This document shows positions 1 to 12,128 of a stretch of 64,000 nucleotides of DNA, in pieces; positions within the stretch are counted from its first letter, which is position 1, and every line of letters begins with the position of its first letter. The DNA comes from Octopus sinensis (taxonomy: Eukaryota): assembly GCF_006345805.1 (NCBI RefSeq), contig NC_043022.1, positions 10,230,001 through 10,294,000 of the forward strand, written 5' to 3'. The position numbers and the translations under genes were made by a program. The notes below the pieces were generated by a model. It did no database searches. It saw nothing but the letters and a program-made list of their open reading frames with translations, and was not told where the DNA came from.

Positions 1-31
1 ACATAGTGGTCATCCCTCTCATATGTATATG

Positions 32-70
<39 letters not shown>

Positions 71-2065
71 AAAAGATATTGTTTCATTATTTAGTAGTAA
101 TTTCAAAAGATTTAATTACAAAACTATAATAAACAAGCACCCCAACACATTAATTTGGTGTAGAAAAATAAAAAGCGTCGCCTGTCAAATGTATTACTTT
201 TGTCCTTTATTGAAATAACACTCGTCACATAAGAATCGCTTCGGGCCAAAAGCTGACATTGCATTCAAAAGGTTTTGTGATGGAGTGACATCTATCATTG
301 TTGTCATCACCATCATCAGCACTATCATTGTCATCATCATTGTCATTATCATGATCACTACCACCACCACCACCATCATCATCATTCCCTCTCCTCATCA
401 TCATCATCGTTTTTCCTACCCACCTTGCCCTCCTTGCATTTGGTCACAGAATTCATTGACACAAATATTTTCCCCTTTTTTTTATGCTTTCCCTGTTACC
501 ATCCCACCCCCGACATACACACCTGATTCTTAGCAAGGTCATATATTTCATCGTGGTCGGACATGTTTTTGTGGAAGATTGGAAATGGACATCACAACCC
601 CACTTGTGTAACGGTGATTCTCGTTTACAGCTACCACATGATGTCAAGACAAGAAGACACAAACACATATACATGTACACATATATACATATATATACAC
701 ATGTATACGTATATGTATGTGTATATATATACGTATGCGTATATATATATACATATACGTGCATTTATGTGTGTGTGTATGTGGTGATTGTGGAGGTGGT
801 AGTTGTGATGGTTGAAGTAGTGGTAGTGGTATGCTGGGTAGTAGTAGTAGTAGTAGTAGTAGTTGTTGTAGTAGTGGTGGTTGTATCACCTAAACAAGAT
901 AAAGGCCATGAACCAACAAAAGTGCTCCTCCAACACACATACACTCACACATACGCGCAAACACACACACATACACTCACACATACGCGCAAACACAGAC
1001 ACACACACACACACACACACTCACCAGTCACCAGTTTGCAAGAAATAGCAGCCAAATAAAAATTTGCGAATTTGTCAGAAACAAGCCATCATAGAGATCG
1101 CTGTATGATCTCTCGATCTGCTAGAAATAGCGGCCAATATCTCCCCCTCCCCTATACCTCACTCAGCTCACACGAAACCGTCCGAACAAAAGATCCATTG
1201 GATGGTCTAATCTAAGGTGGACTTATATTTAAGAAACAAAATCACGGTACGGCCACTGTTGGAGTGCCTTAGGTCATTGGTCTGCTCGTTGGATCGAAGC
1301 CAACTGGGAATTACCAGCACCACCACCACCACCAGTAACACCCAACACTAACACCTTAGCCACCGCCATCAACAGCAAAGGCATAGCACCAACACCTTCA
1401 CCACCACTACCACCTCTATCAACAACAATGCCGATACAAACCCCACCCCACCACCACTACCAGCAAAAACCCCACCACCCCCACCACCGCCCACACTACC
1501 AAAAACAACAACAACAGCAGCGACGATGACAACAAAACCAGTAAGCTAGGCAAAGCGGATGAGACGAATTAATTAAGCAATCTAATTAAGAGGTAATGAC
1601 GTGCTATTACTTGAGTAGTTTACAGTAGCATCGAGCAGAGGCGGAGAGTGGTGGTGGTGGTGGTGGTGGTGGGAGTTTAGTCCCTGTATTAGATGTAGTA
1701 TTACTGGTACCAATCGTTTGTGCGTGTTAATAAAAAAAAAAGTGACCCGTCGAAGATGGTAAGGCTGGCAGAATCGTTAGAGCATCGAACGAAATGTTTT
1801 GTGTATGGTGGGTAGGTTTGTTTCTGATTCTTAAGTTCTGATTTCGAATTCCACCGTAATCAGCTTTGCTTTCCATCCTTTCGAGGCTGATAAAACAAAG
1901 TACCAGTCAAGGACAGGAGTCAATAAAATAGAGTACCGAATGAGTCCTGGGGTATCAATTCCTTACAAGACTGATCAAGTGCCAAGATGAGAAAGAATGT
2001 TCTTATTGGCCTGGAAGAAGAAGAAATGAATAGTTTCTTTCCACCTGGTTGCTATGACGACGGAA

Positions 2066-2262
2066 GTTATAACGAGGGACACGGTTGGTTGGTTTGAAGA
2101 CAGTTGTTCCTCTCGGGCAAAGCTTTTGCCGGCATCGTCAGGTAACACTTGGAGAGAAAAGTGAGAATAGAGACAGAGGTGTTGCCTTCCAGTGCGTTTA
2201 ACGAAATGTTAGCAGGAGACGAAATCGGCATAGTTAAATGGGTTGACTCTAGCCATGTGGTT
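2066..2262 (+). pseudogene. Decayed 3' fragment of Tx1/L1-clade LINE ORF2 (same family as 22459-23506)
   Basis: Translates as TRLVGLKT / LFLSGKAF..R*HLERKVRIETEVLPSSAF. This aligns with TRLKGLETNTFLSGQPLINFFKYHLKRKVRVERQVLSSECF of the intact copy; stops are present. Confidence 0.6.
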
Positions 2263-2278
2263 GAAGACTGGCCGCATG

Positions 2279-2600
2279 TGGAGGCGCAATGGCAGCGGAC
2301 TCGCGGTCGGAGGATCGCGGTTTCGATTCCCAAACCGGGCGTTATGTGTGTTTATTGAGCGAAAACACCTAAAAGCTTCACGAGGCTCCCTGTTGTACTC
2401 TTTCGCTCTAACTTTCTTCCTGTTTCTTGTCCCCGACTTCCTACGCGAACGCTGAGCCTGGATGCGCATTCATCCATCCGTCGGTGTCGGAGGTTGATCT
2501 GCTTTCTCTTCTGCGGGTCTTACGAATAGCAAAGGACCACGTATCGGACTCCTCCCACTACGGACGAAGACCGCTTCGCTCAACAAACAAACAAAGACTG
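2279..2600 (+). mobile_element. tRNA-derived SINE, family C, tail variant 1
   Basis: Head GGAGGCGCAATGGC...GGTTTCGATTCC (degenerate A box, B box) and a body shared with 5091, 6082, 14670 and 30796; ends in CAAA repeats. Confidence 0.8.
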
Positions 2601-2632
2601 GCCGCAAGAACTGGAAGAAAGTACAGCTTTGT

Positions 2633-2893
2633 CAATAAATACGCTGGCAGACAGACAGGTAAAAAGACGGAGGCTTGCCTGGTAAGCTTATGTATCCCGC
2701 CGCAATTCCTTACCCAAAACTATTCTTCGGGGCACAGTTGAGAGAGGGCGAAAGAAAGGCAGGCAGAGATAATCTTGATTTTTACAGTATCAACCTGGTG
2801 TAACATCACGACTGGAACAGAGACTCGTGGCAACAGTTGACTACAAAAGCGCAACGATTGGTATGCATCGGTTCAGGGATCGTGACGATGACG
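2633..2893 (+). pseudogene. RTE-clade LINE 3' fragment
   Basis: VKRRRLAW..YVSRRNSLPKTILRGTVERGRKKGRQR matches the RTE ORF C-terminus; homologous to 7090-7562. Confidence 0.65.
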
Positions 2894-2911
2894 TTTAGTA
2901 GAAATTATTAT

Positions 2912-3130
2912 AAGGCGGCGAGCTGGCAGAAACGTTAGCACGCCGGGCGAAATGCTTAGCCGTTACGTTCTGAGTTCAAATTCCGCCGAGGTCGACTTTG
3001 CCCTTCATCCTTTCGGGGTCGATAAATTAAGTACCAGTTACGTACTGGGGTCGATGTAATCGGCTTAATCCCTTTGTCTGTCCTTGTTTGTCCCTTCTTT
3101 GTTTAGCCCCTTGTAGGCAATAAAGAAATA
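2912..3130 (+). mobile_element. tRNA-derived SINE, family A (dominant family)
   Basis: AAGGCGGCGAGCTGGCAGAA head, GAGTTCAAATTCCGCC B-box/acceptor region, conserved body and AATAAAGAAATA tail; more than 15 full or partial copies in the window. Confidence 0.9.
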
Positions 3131-3844
3131 AATTGTTATATGTTATGGATATTTGAACTTCAAGGTACTTGTGCGGTCAGGGTAATCTGAGGTTTCATGC
3201 AGTTGATTCCCAAACACTTCCATTTTAAGAATCCAATTTTGTTTGTTCAATATTGTAGCCGTGTTGTTGTATGGTTAAGAGGCTTGCTTCCCAACCACGT
3301 GACTTTGCCTACTTTCGTTTTCGTCCTCAGTCGGCACAGACTGAAAAGCTTCGTGCCTGATTTTATTGGAAGTTAAACACCAATGGTGTGCTTCTACGCG
3401 ACAATGCAAAGAAGATGCTGATCAGGGTAAAGGAGAAAGCACACAGCTGTGTTTTACTCCTTAACGAATGTTGAAGTAGTCCGAGTAAGAACCATCAGAT
3501 TGAATGACACCTTTCATGTCTGTTTGGAATGACCGAACAATCATGAATATCCTCGGAGCGCGCCTAACATACTTACATCATACACACATACATACATACG
3601 TACATACATACATACATACATACATACATACATACATACATACATACATACATGTGTTTATGTGTATACAATTATGTGCTTTGATTACAACAATAGAGCA
3701 TTTTAGCTCTTATTTCTAGCAATGTAGGTGTTTCTAACACCCTAGTAACATTTAGTGATGATTATAGTTTTCCTTTTTGGTGAAACATTGCAAACTGCTG
3801 TCTACATACATAAACACACATACACACACACACACATATATTCT

Positions 3845-4205
3845 TTTATTCTTTTACTAGCTTCAGTCATTTGACTGCGGCCATGCTGGAGCACTGCCTT
3901 TAGTCGAAGAAATCGACCCCAAGACTTATTCTTTGTAAGTCTAGTACTTATTCTATCGGTCTCTTTTGCAGAACCGCTAAGTTACGGGGACGTAAACACA
4001 CCAGCATCAGTTGTCAAGCAATGTTGGGGGGGGGGAAACACAGACACACAAACACACACATGCACACATATACGACGGGCTTCTTTCAGTTTCCATCCAC
4101 TAAATCCACTCACAAGGCTTTGGTTGGCCTGTGGCTATAGTAGAAGACACTTGCCCAAGGTGTCACACAGTGGGACTGAACCCAGAATTATGTGGTTGAT
4201 AAGCT
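3845..4205 (-). mobile_element. tRNA-derived SINE, family B (CORE-like central motif)
   Basis: Reverse complement of the 8653 element, including ACCTTGGGCAAGTGTCTT. Confidence 0.8.
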
Positions 4206-4834
4206 AGTTCCCGTGGAAGGCTCTTCATTGGGCCTTGGGCCCAACAATGACACTTTATGCATTGAATACATATTAAATTTTGTTAAACTCGACCAGTATT
4301 TTTCAAGCAATGAAAATTTCATCAAAATAGTGATATAATTTGTCAACTTGGAACTTATTGTATGTATGTATGTATGTATATTTTTTTTTAATATATATTT
4401 TAGTGCTTTGAACGAAACTTTCAGCCTTCGAGTCACTTTGTAACTTCTGCCGAATAAAATAATCAAAGACATACGCATATGTTTTGAGTTGTGTTTTTCT
4501 TGTTTATATTATCGATCTTGTGCATGTCTATATTTAGTAATAATTTTGATCCACAAAGATTCGTGGGCGTAGAATACGTGCGCTTTGTCAGATATATAGC
4601 GAAACACGCACCTACGCACATGCAGTCGTACACGCAGAGAGTGAGAGTGAGAGAGATTTCGGATAATGATTGCCAAAGGTCGAAATTTGGTAACAAACGG
4701 TAATACATCGAGACAGTTATTTATGTGTAAGATCAACCATAATAACGACAAACAGTTTGTAACACATCCGCCAAGCGTGGTATGCACTCCACTCCTTTGA
4801 TCAGCTGAATATGTGTCTGTAAACACGTATTTGT

Positions 4835-5085
4835 GGAGGCGCGTGGCTTAGTGGTTAGGGTGTCAGCATCATGATCGTAAGATTGTGGTTTCGATTCCTG
4901 GACCGGGCGACGCAATGTATTCTTGAGCAAAACACCTCATTTCACGTTGCTCCAGTTCACTCATCTGGCAAAAATGAGTAACGCTGCGATGGACTGGCGT
5001 CCCGTCCAGCTGGGGAACACACACGCCATTGAAACCGAGATATCGGGCCCATGAGCCTGGCTAGGCTTTAAAAGGGCGCATTTAT
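4835..5085 (+). mobile_element. tRNA-derived SINE, family D
   Basis: Head TGGCTTAGTGG (A box) and GGTTTCGATTCC (B box), TTCTTGAGCAAAACAC motif, and a CTGCGATGGACTGGCGTCCCGTCCAG tail reminiscent of the V-SINE domain. Second copy at 6387-6600. Confidence 0.8.
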
Positions 5086-5090
5086 TTTAG

Positions 5091-5395
5091 TGGAGGCTCA
5101 ATGGCCCAGTGGTTAGAGCAGCGGACTCGCGGTCGGAGGATCGCAGTTTCGATTCCCAGACCGGGCGTTGTGCGTGTCTATTGAGCGAAAACACCTAAAG
5201 CTCCACGAGGCTCCGGCAGGAGGTGGTGGCGACTCCTGTCGTACTCTTTCGCCCCAACTTTCTCTCACTCTTACTTCCTGTTTCTTGGGTAACGCTGCGA
5301 TGGACTGGCGTCCCGTCCAGCTGGGGGGAACATATACGCCACAGAAACTGGGAAACCGGTCCCATGAGCCTGGCTAGGCTTGAAAAGGGCGCATA
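5091..5395 (+). mobile_element. SINE family C head and body with the family D tail
   Basis: Family C head and body followed by the same tail as 4835-5085. Confidence 0.8.
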
Positions 5396-5496
5396 AATAA
5401 AAAATAAATAAATAAAACACGTATTTAGGGATACTTGCAGATGTACATATGTGTCCATGTACATGCACAGACACTTATGTTTCATATATATATTTC

Positions 5497-5679
5497 GGTA
5501 TTTCGTCTGCCGCTACGTTCTGAGTTCAAATTCCGCCGAGGTCGACTTAGTCTTTCATCCTTTCGGGGTCGATTATATAACTACCAGTTACACACTGGGG
5601 TCGATATAATCAACTTAATCTTTTGTCTGTCCTTGTTTGTCCCCTCTATGTTTAGCCCCTTGTGGGCAGTAAAGAAATA
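5497..5679 (+). mobile_element. SINE family A, 5'-truncated
   Basis: Body and tail match family A. Confidence 0.8.
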
Positions 5680-6081
5680 TATATATATATCCTGTTTTTC
5701 ATGTTTTCTACATGACCTTTTGCATGTTGTCTGTATGTCTGTCTTAAAATTGAAGAAGGTCTTGTGTATGTGTGTGCGCACGCTCTTTGAGCGGAACATA
5801 CATACATGGACACTCACACACACAAAGATAAATAAACGTGGTAAACATAAACAAGGCAAATTTAACCAGTTCTCTGTAGATTGTGGGGTTGGGGGAGAAC
5901 AACCTGAATCGATTCTCGAACCTTAATAAGGTTCTCATTAGAAGTTTGACCTCGCCGAGGGAAAGAGGTAACCAGTCTGTTTATATACACCACAAATCCT
6001 GTAGCTTCAGAGAACTGGGACCACTAATTTGCTTACTATAAGTATTTACCACTTTATTTATATAACTTTACTTTAGAAAAT

Positions 6082-6600
6082 TTGGAGGCACGTGGCCTAG
6101 TGGTTAGAGCAGCGGACTCGCGGTCGGGGGATCGCGGGTTCGAATCTCAGATGTGTGTATTTATGAGCCTAAGCTCTACGCGGCTCCGGCAGAAGGTAAT
6201 TGCGAACTTCTGCTGACTCTTTCGCCATAACTTTCTCTCACTCTTTCCTCCTGCATCTAGCAGCTCACCTGCGACGGACCAGCGTCCCGTCCAGGTGTGG
6301 AACCTATACGCCAATGAAACCGGGAAACCGGCCCTTATGAGCCAGGTATGGCTCGAGAAGGGACAAGCAACAACTACTACAGAAAGTGGAGGCGCGTGGC
6401 TCGCTTAGTGGCTGGACTGTTGGACTCATGATCATAAGATTGTGGTTTCGATTCCTGGACCGAGTGACGCGATCTGTCCTTGAGCAAAACACTTTATTTC
6501 ACGTTGCTCCCGTCCACGCAGCTAGCAAAAATGAGCAGGTGGGGAATGTATACGCCATGGGAATTGGGAAACCGGCCCTTATGAGTCGTTATGACTCCGG
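6082..6600 (+). mobile_element. SINE family C (6082-6372) followed by SINE family D (6387-6600)
   Basis: Two tRNA-like heads with A/B boxes and related tails. Confidence 0.7.
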
Positions 6601-7089
6601 AAGGAATTTCATTTTACTTTTATTTACTACAGAAGACCTGTAGGGCAGAGTTTCCTAACAATTAACCCCGTTCTGGCAATATTTTAAAAGTAAATTTACT
6701 CCCAGTGCGTTTTGTTTAGGATATTAACTTTACACTCCGACTAGAATTAAAACAACGAACGATGAGAAAATTAAAGAAGCAGTAATTAAAAATAATTATT
6801 GGTCGATGTTCAATAAAAGTTTGCGCGTTGGTAGAATTGCTTAGCGAGTCGGGCAAACTGCTTCGTTGCATTTCTTCTGAACATTTTACGTTCAGAGGTT
6901 CGAATTTCGCCGATGTCGACTTTGCCTTTCATCTCTTTCGGGGTAGATAAAATAAGTACCAGTTTTAACACTGGGATCGTTTTAATCGATTTGCCCCTTC
7001 ACTTAAAATTGCCGGGCTTGTTCCAAAATTTGAAACCATTGTTTTGAAGTTCAAAAATCCTTAACAATAATAATTTCTCCTGAAGGTCA

Positions 7090-7562
7090 TTGCCAAGACC
7101 CCTTGACTGATGCAGCCAGTCGTTGCGCTGCCACTCTACATGCTTTCGTAGTCAGCTGTTGCCACTGGACTCTGTTCGCTGTCAGGTCACAACAGATCCA
7201 CACTGTTGTGACCTGACCAGTCCTTTATGGTGTCAAACCAGTATTTTCTCTGTCAGTCTTTCCTTCGCCCTCCCTCAACTCTACCCTGAAGGATAATTTT
7301 GGGCAGGGAATTGTAGCGGGATACATGAGTTTACCAGGCAAGCTTCCGTCTTTTTACCTGCACAAGGAATTGTTGTCTGGCAGCGTATTTACTGATTTGC
7401 TGCCTAAGCCGTACGTTTTGTGGTCTGTGTACGGGATGAGTAACAACCTTGTGAAGGACTTGTGCTCAAATTACTGAATTTTTTGCTCCATGTCAGCTGT
7501 AAGAGTCCAGATCTCATACCCATACAGAAGGATCAAATTCACCAGGATCTTGTTGGAAAACT
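7090..7562 (-). pseudogene. RTE-clade LINE ORF C-terminus, decayed
   Basis: LLYGYEIWTLTADMEQKIQ*FEHK...VKRRKLAW*THVSRYNSLPKIILQGRVEGGRRK...YWFDTIKDWSG, typical of the RTE post-RT region; stops and frameshifts. Confidence 0.8.
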
Positions 7563-7650
7563 AATGGAATTCAGTTCTATATTTAAGAGATGAGGAGTTA
7601 TGTACATTATTTACATTCGACGGATATTTGTCCTCATCTTGTCTGTTGTT

Positions 7651-7696
7651 AACACAACGTTTCGGCTGATATACCCCCCAGCCTTCATCAGGTGTC
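7651..7696 (-). ncRNA. Minimal type I hammerhead ribozyme motif
   Basis: GACAC-CUGAUGA-A-GGCUG(loop)CAGCC-GAAAC-GUU/GUGUU. Stem I is 5 bp including one G-U, stem II is 5 bp, and stem III is the palindromic AACGUU. Lies in a ~200-bp repeat (about 7570-7770). Confidence 0.7.
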
Positions 7697-7795
7697 TTGG
7701 GGGAAATTTCGAACCTGGGTTCTCACTCTTAAGGTATTTTTTCGATGTTATTATTATTATTGTTGTTTGTTGAACGTAAAGACGGACGAAATACC

Positions 7796-8184
7796 TATTT
7801 CTTTACTACCCACAGAGAGGCCAAACAGATTAAGTCGATTATATCGACCCCTGTGCATAACTGGTACTTATTTAATCGACCTCGAAAGGATGAAAGGCAA
7901 AGTCGACCTCGGCGGAATTTGAACTCAGAACGTAGCGGCAGACGAAATACCTATTTCTTTACTACCCACAAGGAGCTAAACACAGAGGGGACGATAAAGG
8001 ACAGACAAACGGATTAAGTCGATTATATCGACCCCAGTGCGTAACTGGTACTTATTTAATCGACCCCGAAAGGATGAAAGGCAAAATCGACCTCGGCGGA
8101 ATTTGAACTCAGAACGTAACGGCAGACGAAATACTGCTACGCATTTCGTCCGGCATGCTAACGTTTCTGCCAGCTCGCCGCCTT
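7796..8184 (-). mobile_element. Two tandem SINE family A copies
   Basis: Reverse complement of family A; full copy at about 7951-8184 and truncated copy at 7796-7950. Confidence 0.85.
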
Positions 8185-8253
8185 ACAGACGAAATACCGT
8201 TAATCATTTTGTCCGACGCTCTAGATTCTGTCACCTCGCCACTTTAATGTAGC

Positions 8254-8290
<37 letters not shown>

Positions 8291-8652
8291 ACAACAACAA
8301 CAACAGCACGTAACAATGTTATTTCATGAATTTGTGAACAAATGATGAACAGGTTATTAAAGCTAAACACGTTCTGACTGATTGCTACTTCTGTCTTTTC
8401 ATTAGGAAGTTCATAAATTAGACTGTTCCCATTAAGCAACACAGTACGAAGCATGCTATAAAAATCGTTAAATCTCAAATGAGAGAAAGAGAAAGAAAAA
8501 TGTATTTTTCCCTCCAAAAAAAGAAATGAATGAAAGAAAGAAAGAAAGAAAGAGGTCTGCTTAAAATTTTCTCTTCAAACTGAGATTTCAAAAATATATA
8601 ACTGAAAAATTAATTATTAGCAATAAATTAATTAAAAGAAAGAAAAAGAAAA

Positions 8653-9045
8653 GGCGTAGGCGTGGCTGTGTAAGAGGCTTGCTTCCCAACTACATGGTTC
8701 TGGTTTCAGTCCCACTGCGTGGCACATTGGGCGTCTTCTACTATAGCCTTGGGCCGACCAAAGCCTTGTGAGTGGATTTGGCAGACGGAAACTGAAAGAA
8801 GCCCGTCGTATATATGTGTGCGTGTGTGTGTCTTTGTGTCTGTGTTTGTCTCCGCCACCATCGCTTGACAAACCGATGTTGGTGTGTCTACGTCCCTGTA
8901 ACTTAGCAGCTCGGCAAAAGAGACCGATAGAAGAAGTACTAGGCTTACAAAGAATAAGTCCTGGGGGTCGATTTCTTCGACTAAAACCCATTAAGGCGGT
9001 GCCCCAGCATGGCCACAGTCAAATGACTGAAACAAATAAAAAAAA
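8653..9045 (+). mobile_element. SINE family B, full length
   Basis: GGCGTGGCTGTG...GGTTTCAGTCCCAC tRNA-like head, CORE-like GGCAC(C/A)TTGGGC motif, internal TA/TG tract; matches the 42718 and 48655 copies. Confidence 0.85.
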
Positions 9046-9586
9046 CGAAGAAAAGTAAAGAACTCTAGAATCAACAAGTTTCCCCGCTGGGAAGGCTAAA
9101 TATCACCTGGGATAAATTTATCCCAGTCTGACAGCCTGAAAACCCCCTGCTGTAGTGCTTATGTATGTGTGTGTGGGGGGATGAATTATTGACGGCGAAG
9201 ACAAAATTACGTATGTGTATATATTTATATTACATATATAACTAGCGACGACAAAAATATTTTGTGGGATGTATACATACATCCTACATCAGTAAAAGAT
9301 TGCCGTTTTTTACGGAAAGAGTCAATGGCAGTGAAATTCTACTCAATGTATGACTGGTATATTTATGCGGGTCTATGAGGGAGCCTCAACGTGGCCGTTC
9401 GATCTGCTAGAAATGGCAGTTGAAGCATACATTAATGCTTTAAAAGAAAGTAGGTACATTAGAATATATTCCTTGATACACTGCCTGAAGAAATAGAAAA
9501 TAAGGCGGGATGGAATTTATTTGGTCATATGTCAAGTCGATCAACACTGCTTTAAGGCTAAACAATTATATCTCCACACTCAGTAC

Positions 9587-10075
9587 ATACATACATGCAA
9601 GCATGCATGCATACATACATACATACATACATACATACATACATACATACATACATGAATGCATACATATACACATACATACATACATACATGCATGCAT
9701 ATACACATACATACAAACATACATACATACATGAATGAATGCATATACACATACATATATACATACATACACACATACGTACATACATGAATGCATGCAT
9801 ACACACATACATACTCTCACACCTGTATACATTCATTACATGCAACAAACACGCATACATATATTCATGTATGCATCCCTCAATACATAGATACACACAT
9901 GAATGCACAGATGCATGCATATATATAGATACATGCATGTATACATGTCTGCTTGCATTCATACATACATGCAAACAGGTATCCATGTATACACATGCAT
10001 ACACGCATGCATGCATACACACGTACATACAGCATGCATCGCACATACATGCACACATACACACATGCATACATA
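9587..10075. repeat. Compound (CATA)n/(CATG)n microsatellite
   Basis: Direct reading; source of several spurious ORFs. Confidence 0.95.
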
Positions 10076-11367
10076 ACCGTGAATTGACGGTGGTGACTCA
10101 TTCAACGTGGTGAGACAATTGCTCAAAATCACTCGAATTCCCTTTCAAATCACACGTTTAACAGTTTAATTCCTTTAAAAAAAACCAGTAAGGACACATT
10201 GTTTAATACAAGAAGGAGAATGTTAGCAAAATTCAACTACAGTGGCAAGAATACAATGTAACGTTTCGGCTCTTTGCCCTTCGTCTGGCAATAAAGTAGA
10301 TTTAGAAAACGTGTTGTTACTGTCTCTTGGGTTGTAAGCAAAAGAATAAGAAACCACAGCGAGATTACGAGGTTATTAGATATTGAGGAGATAATGAGAA
10401 AAAAGTGAAAGACAAGCTGCTTTGGGTAAGGGACGTGAGGACGAACTTAGTCATAAGATTTGCTGGATCACGACTGACCTTGACCTTAACAACACTGGAG
10501 ATGAATGGTAGGTTGTGTCTCTAGTGGCCAAACTAAGCCATCAAAATTACACTCTACTTTTTTGGCTGAAAATATTAGAAGAGTGAAGACTACAGCTCTA
10601 AATATACTATATCTGAATAAAAGAGGCAATAAGGGACAGCCACGGTTGGAAAGTCTGTGATAATAGGTCAGCTGGATCAGAGCTGACATGACGGATACAC
10701 AATTACACAACCATCTAAAAATACTACAAGATATATATATATTGTATACTATATATATTAGATACACGCGATGTATATAATATACGATGTATATAAAATG
10801 TGTCATATATATATACATACACATATATATATGTATATATGCATGTATGTTTGTGTATATATATACATATATACAAGCATACCTACATTCATATATGCAT
10901 GCATGTATATATAGACATACATGCATTCATGTATTGTATGCCTGCATACAAACATACATACGTGTGTTTGTATGTATGCATGCATGCATGCATGCATGCA
11001 TATATGTGATAAGTTATACAAACGGAAGCTATATAACTCAATCCGATACACAGAAAACTTTAGTCCATTAATTGCCGAGAATTTACATCCGTGACTCAAG
11101 GACCTTAAGTTTGACAACTGTTTTGCGAAAGATTTCTAGACCCTTGAGAAACAGATGTAGTTTCTTGATTATTAAGCAAATTTTTGTCTGTCTGTCTCTC
11201 CCTCTCTCTGTCACTCTCCCACACATACACGTGCAATGTATATATTCTCAGATGGCCTACATCGGTCATGAGCTTCGTACTCTCCTCCAGTCTCACAAAG
11301 TGTGTGCATGCATGCGTGTGTTTGGAGAAACACACACACACACACATACATACACACACACACACAC

Positions 11368-11414
<47 letters not shown>

Positions 11415-12070
11415 CACGCGCACGCACACACACATGCATGACGTACATACATACATACATACATACATACATACAAAGTACTGATAAAACAAAGAGAAAT
11501 ATGAAAATACAATGAAGATATTGCAAAAATTCATAAATATATTCTCCATCTTTACGCATGTATGTATGTATGTATGTATGTATGTATAATAATGGAATTG
11601 TTGTATACAGTGCTCAGGTGCACCACATCTATGTATGTACGTATGTGTGTATGTATGTACGTACGTACGTATGTATGTATGTGTGTGTGTGTGTGTGTGT
11701 GCATGCTATTGTTCTTATTTAAGTCATTTCAGCCTTGAACTAGTAGACCAAGGGTCAAAGACACTTCAGCGGTGACCATCTCGTCTGTCTATTTTTCGAC
11801 CACAATACATGGAGGACTACTGTTATCACATGTGTTCTTTCGCTTGTCTAAAATAATGTGTGATTTGAGATTTGACTGTGATTTCTAGCAGGCTGACAGT
11901 CCACAGGCATACGTACATACATACATACAGTTATTTATATACATATATAGGAATCTTTTGGAATTAGTAAAGGACGCCATTCGCCCACACACCGCTCCTT
12001 CGTGACATAAAGAGGCTAGGTCGAAAACGAGAGAGTGAATGACGTCGTCTACTAATACCGAAAGATCGGC

Positions 12071-12128
<58 letters not shown>

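Noticed and set aside
2912-3010. tRNA genes at SINE heads
   Set aside because: A/B boxes and acceptor-like stems are present, but the anticodon arm is extended and the heads run into SINE bodies and tails in many divergent copies.
10255-10292. Hammerhead-like relics here (minus strand), at about 30710-30748 and at about 61345-61375
   Set aside because: Core or stems are disrupted (CAGACGA, GGGACGA, missing stem II); too decayed to call.
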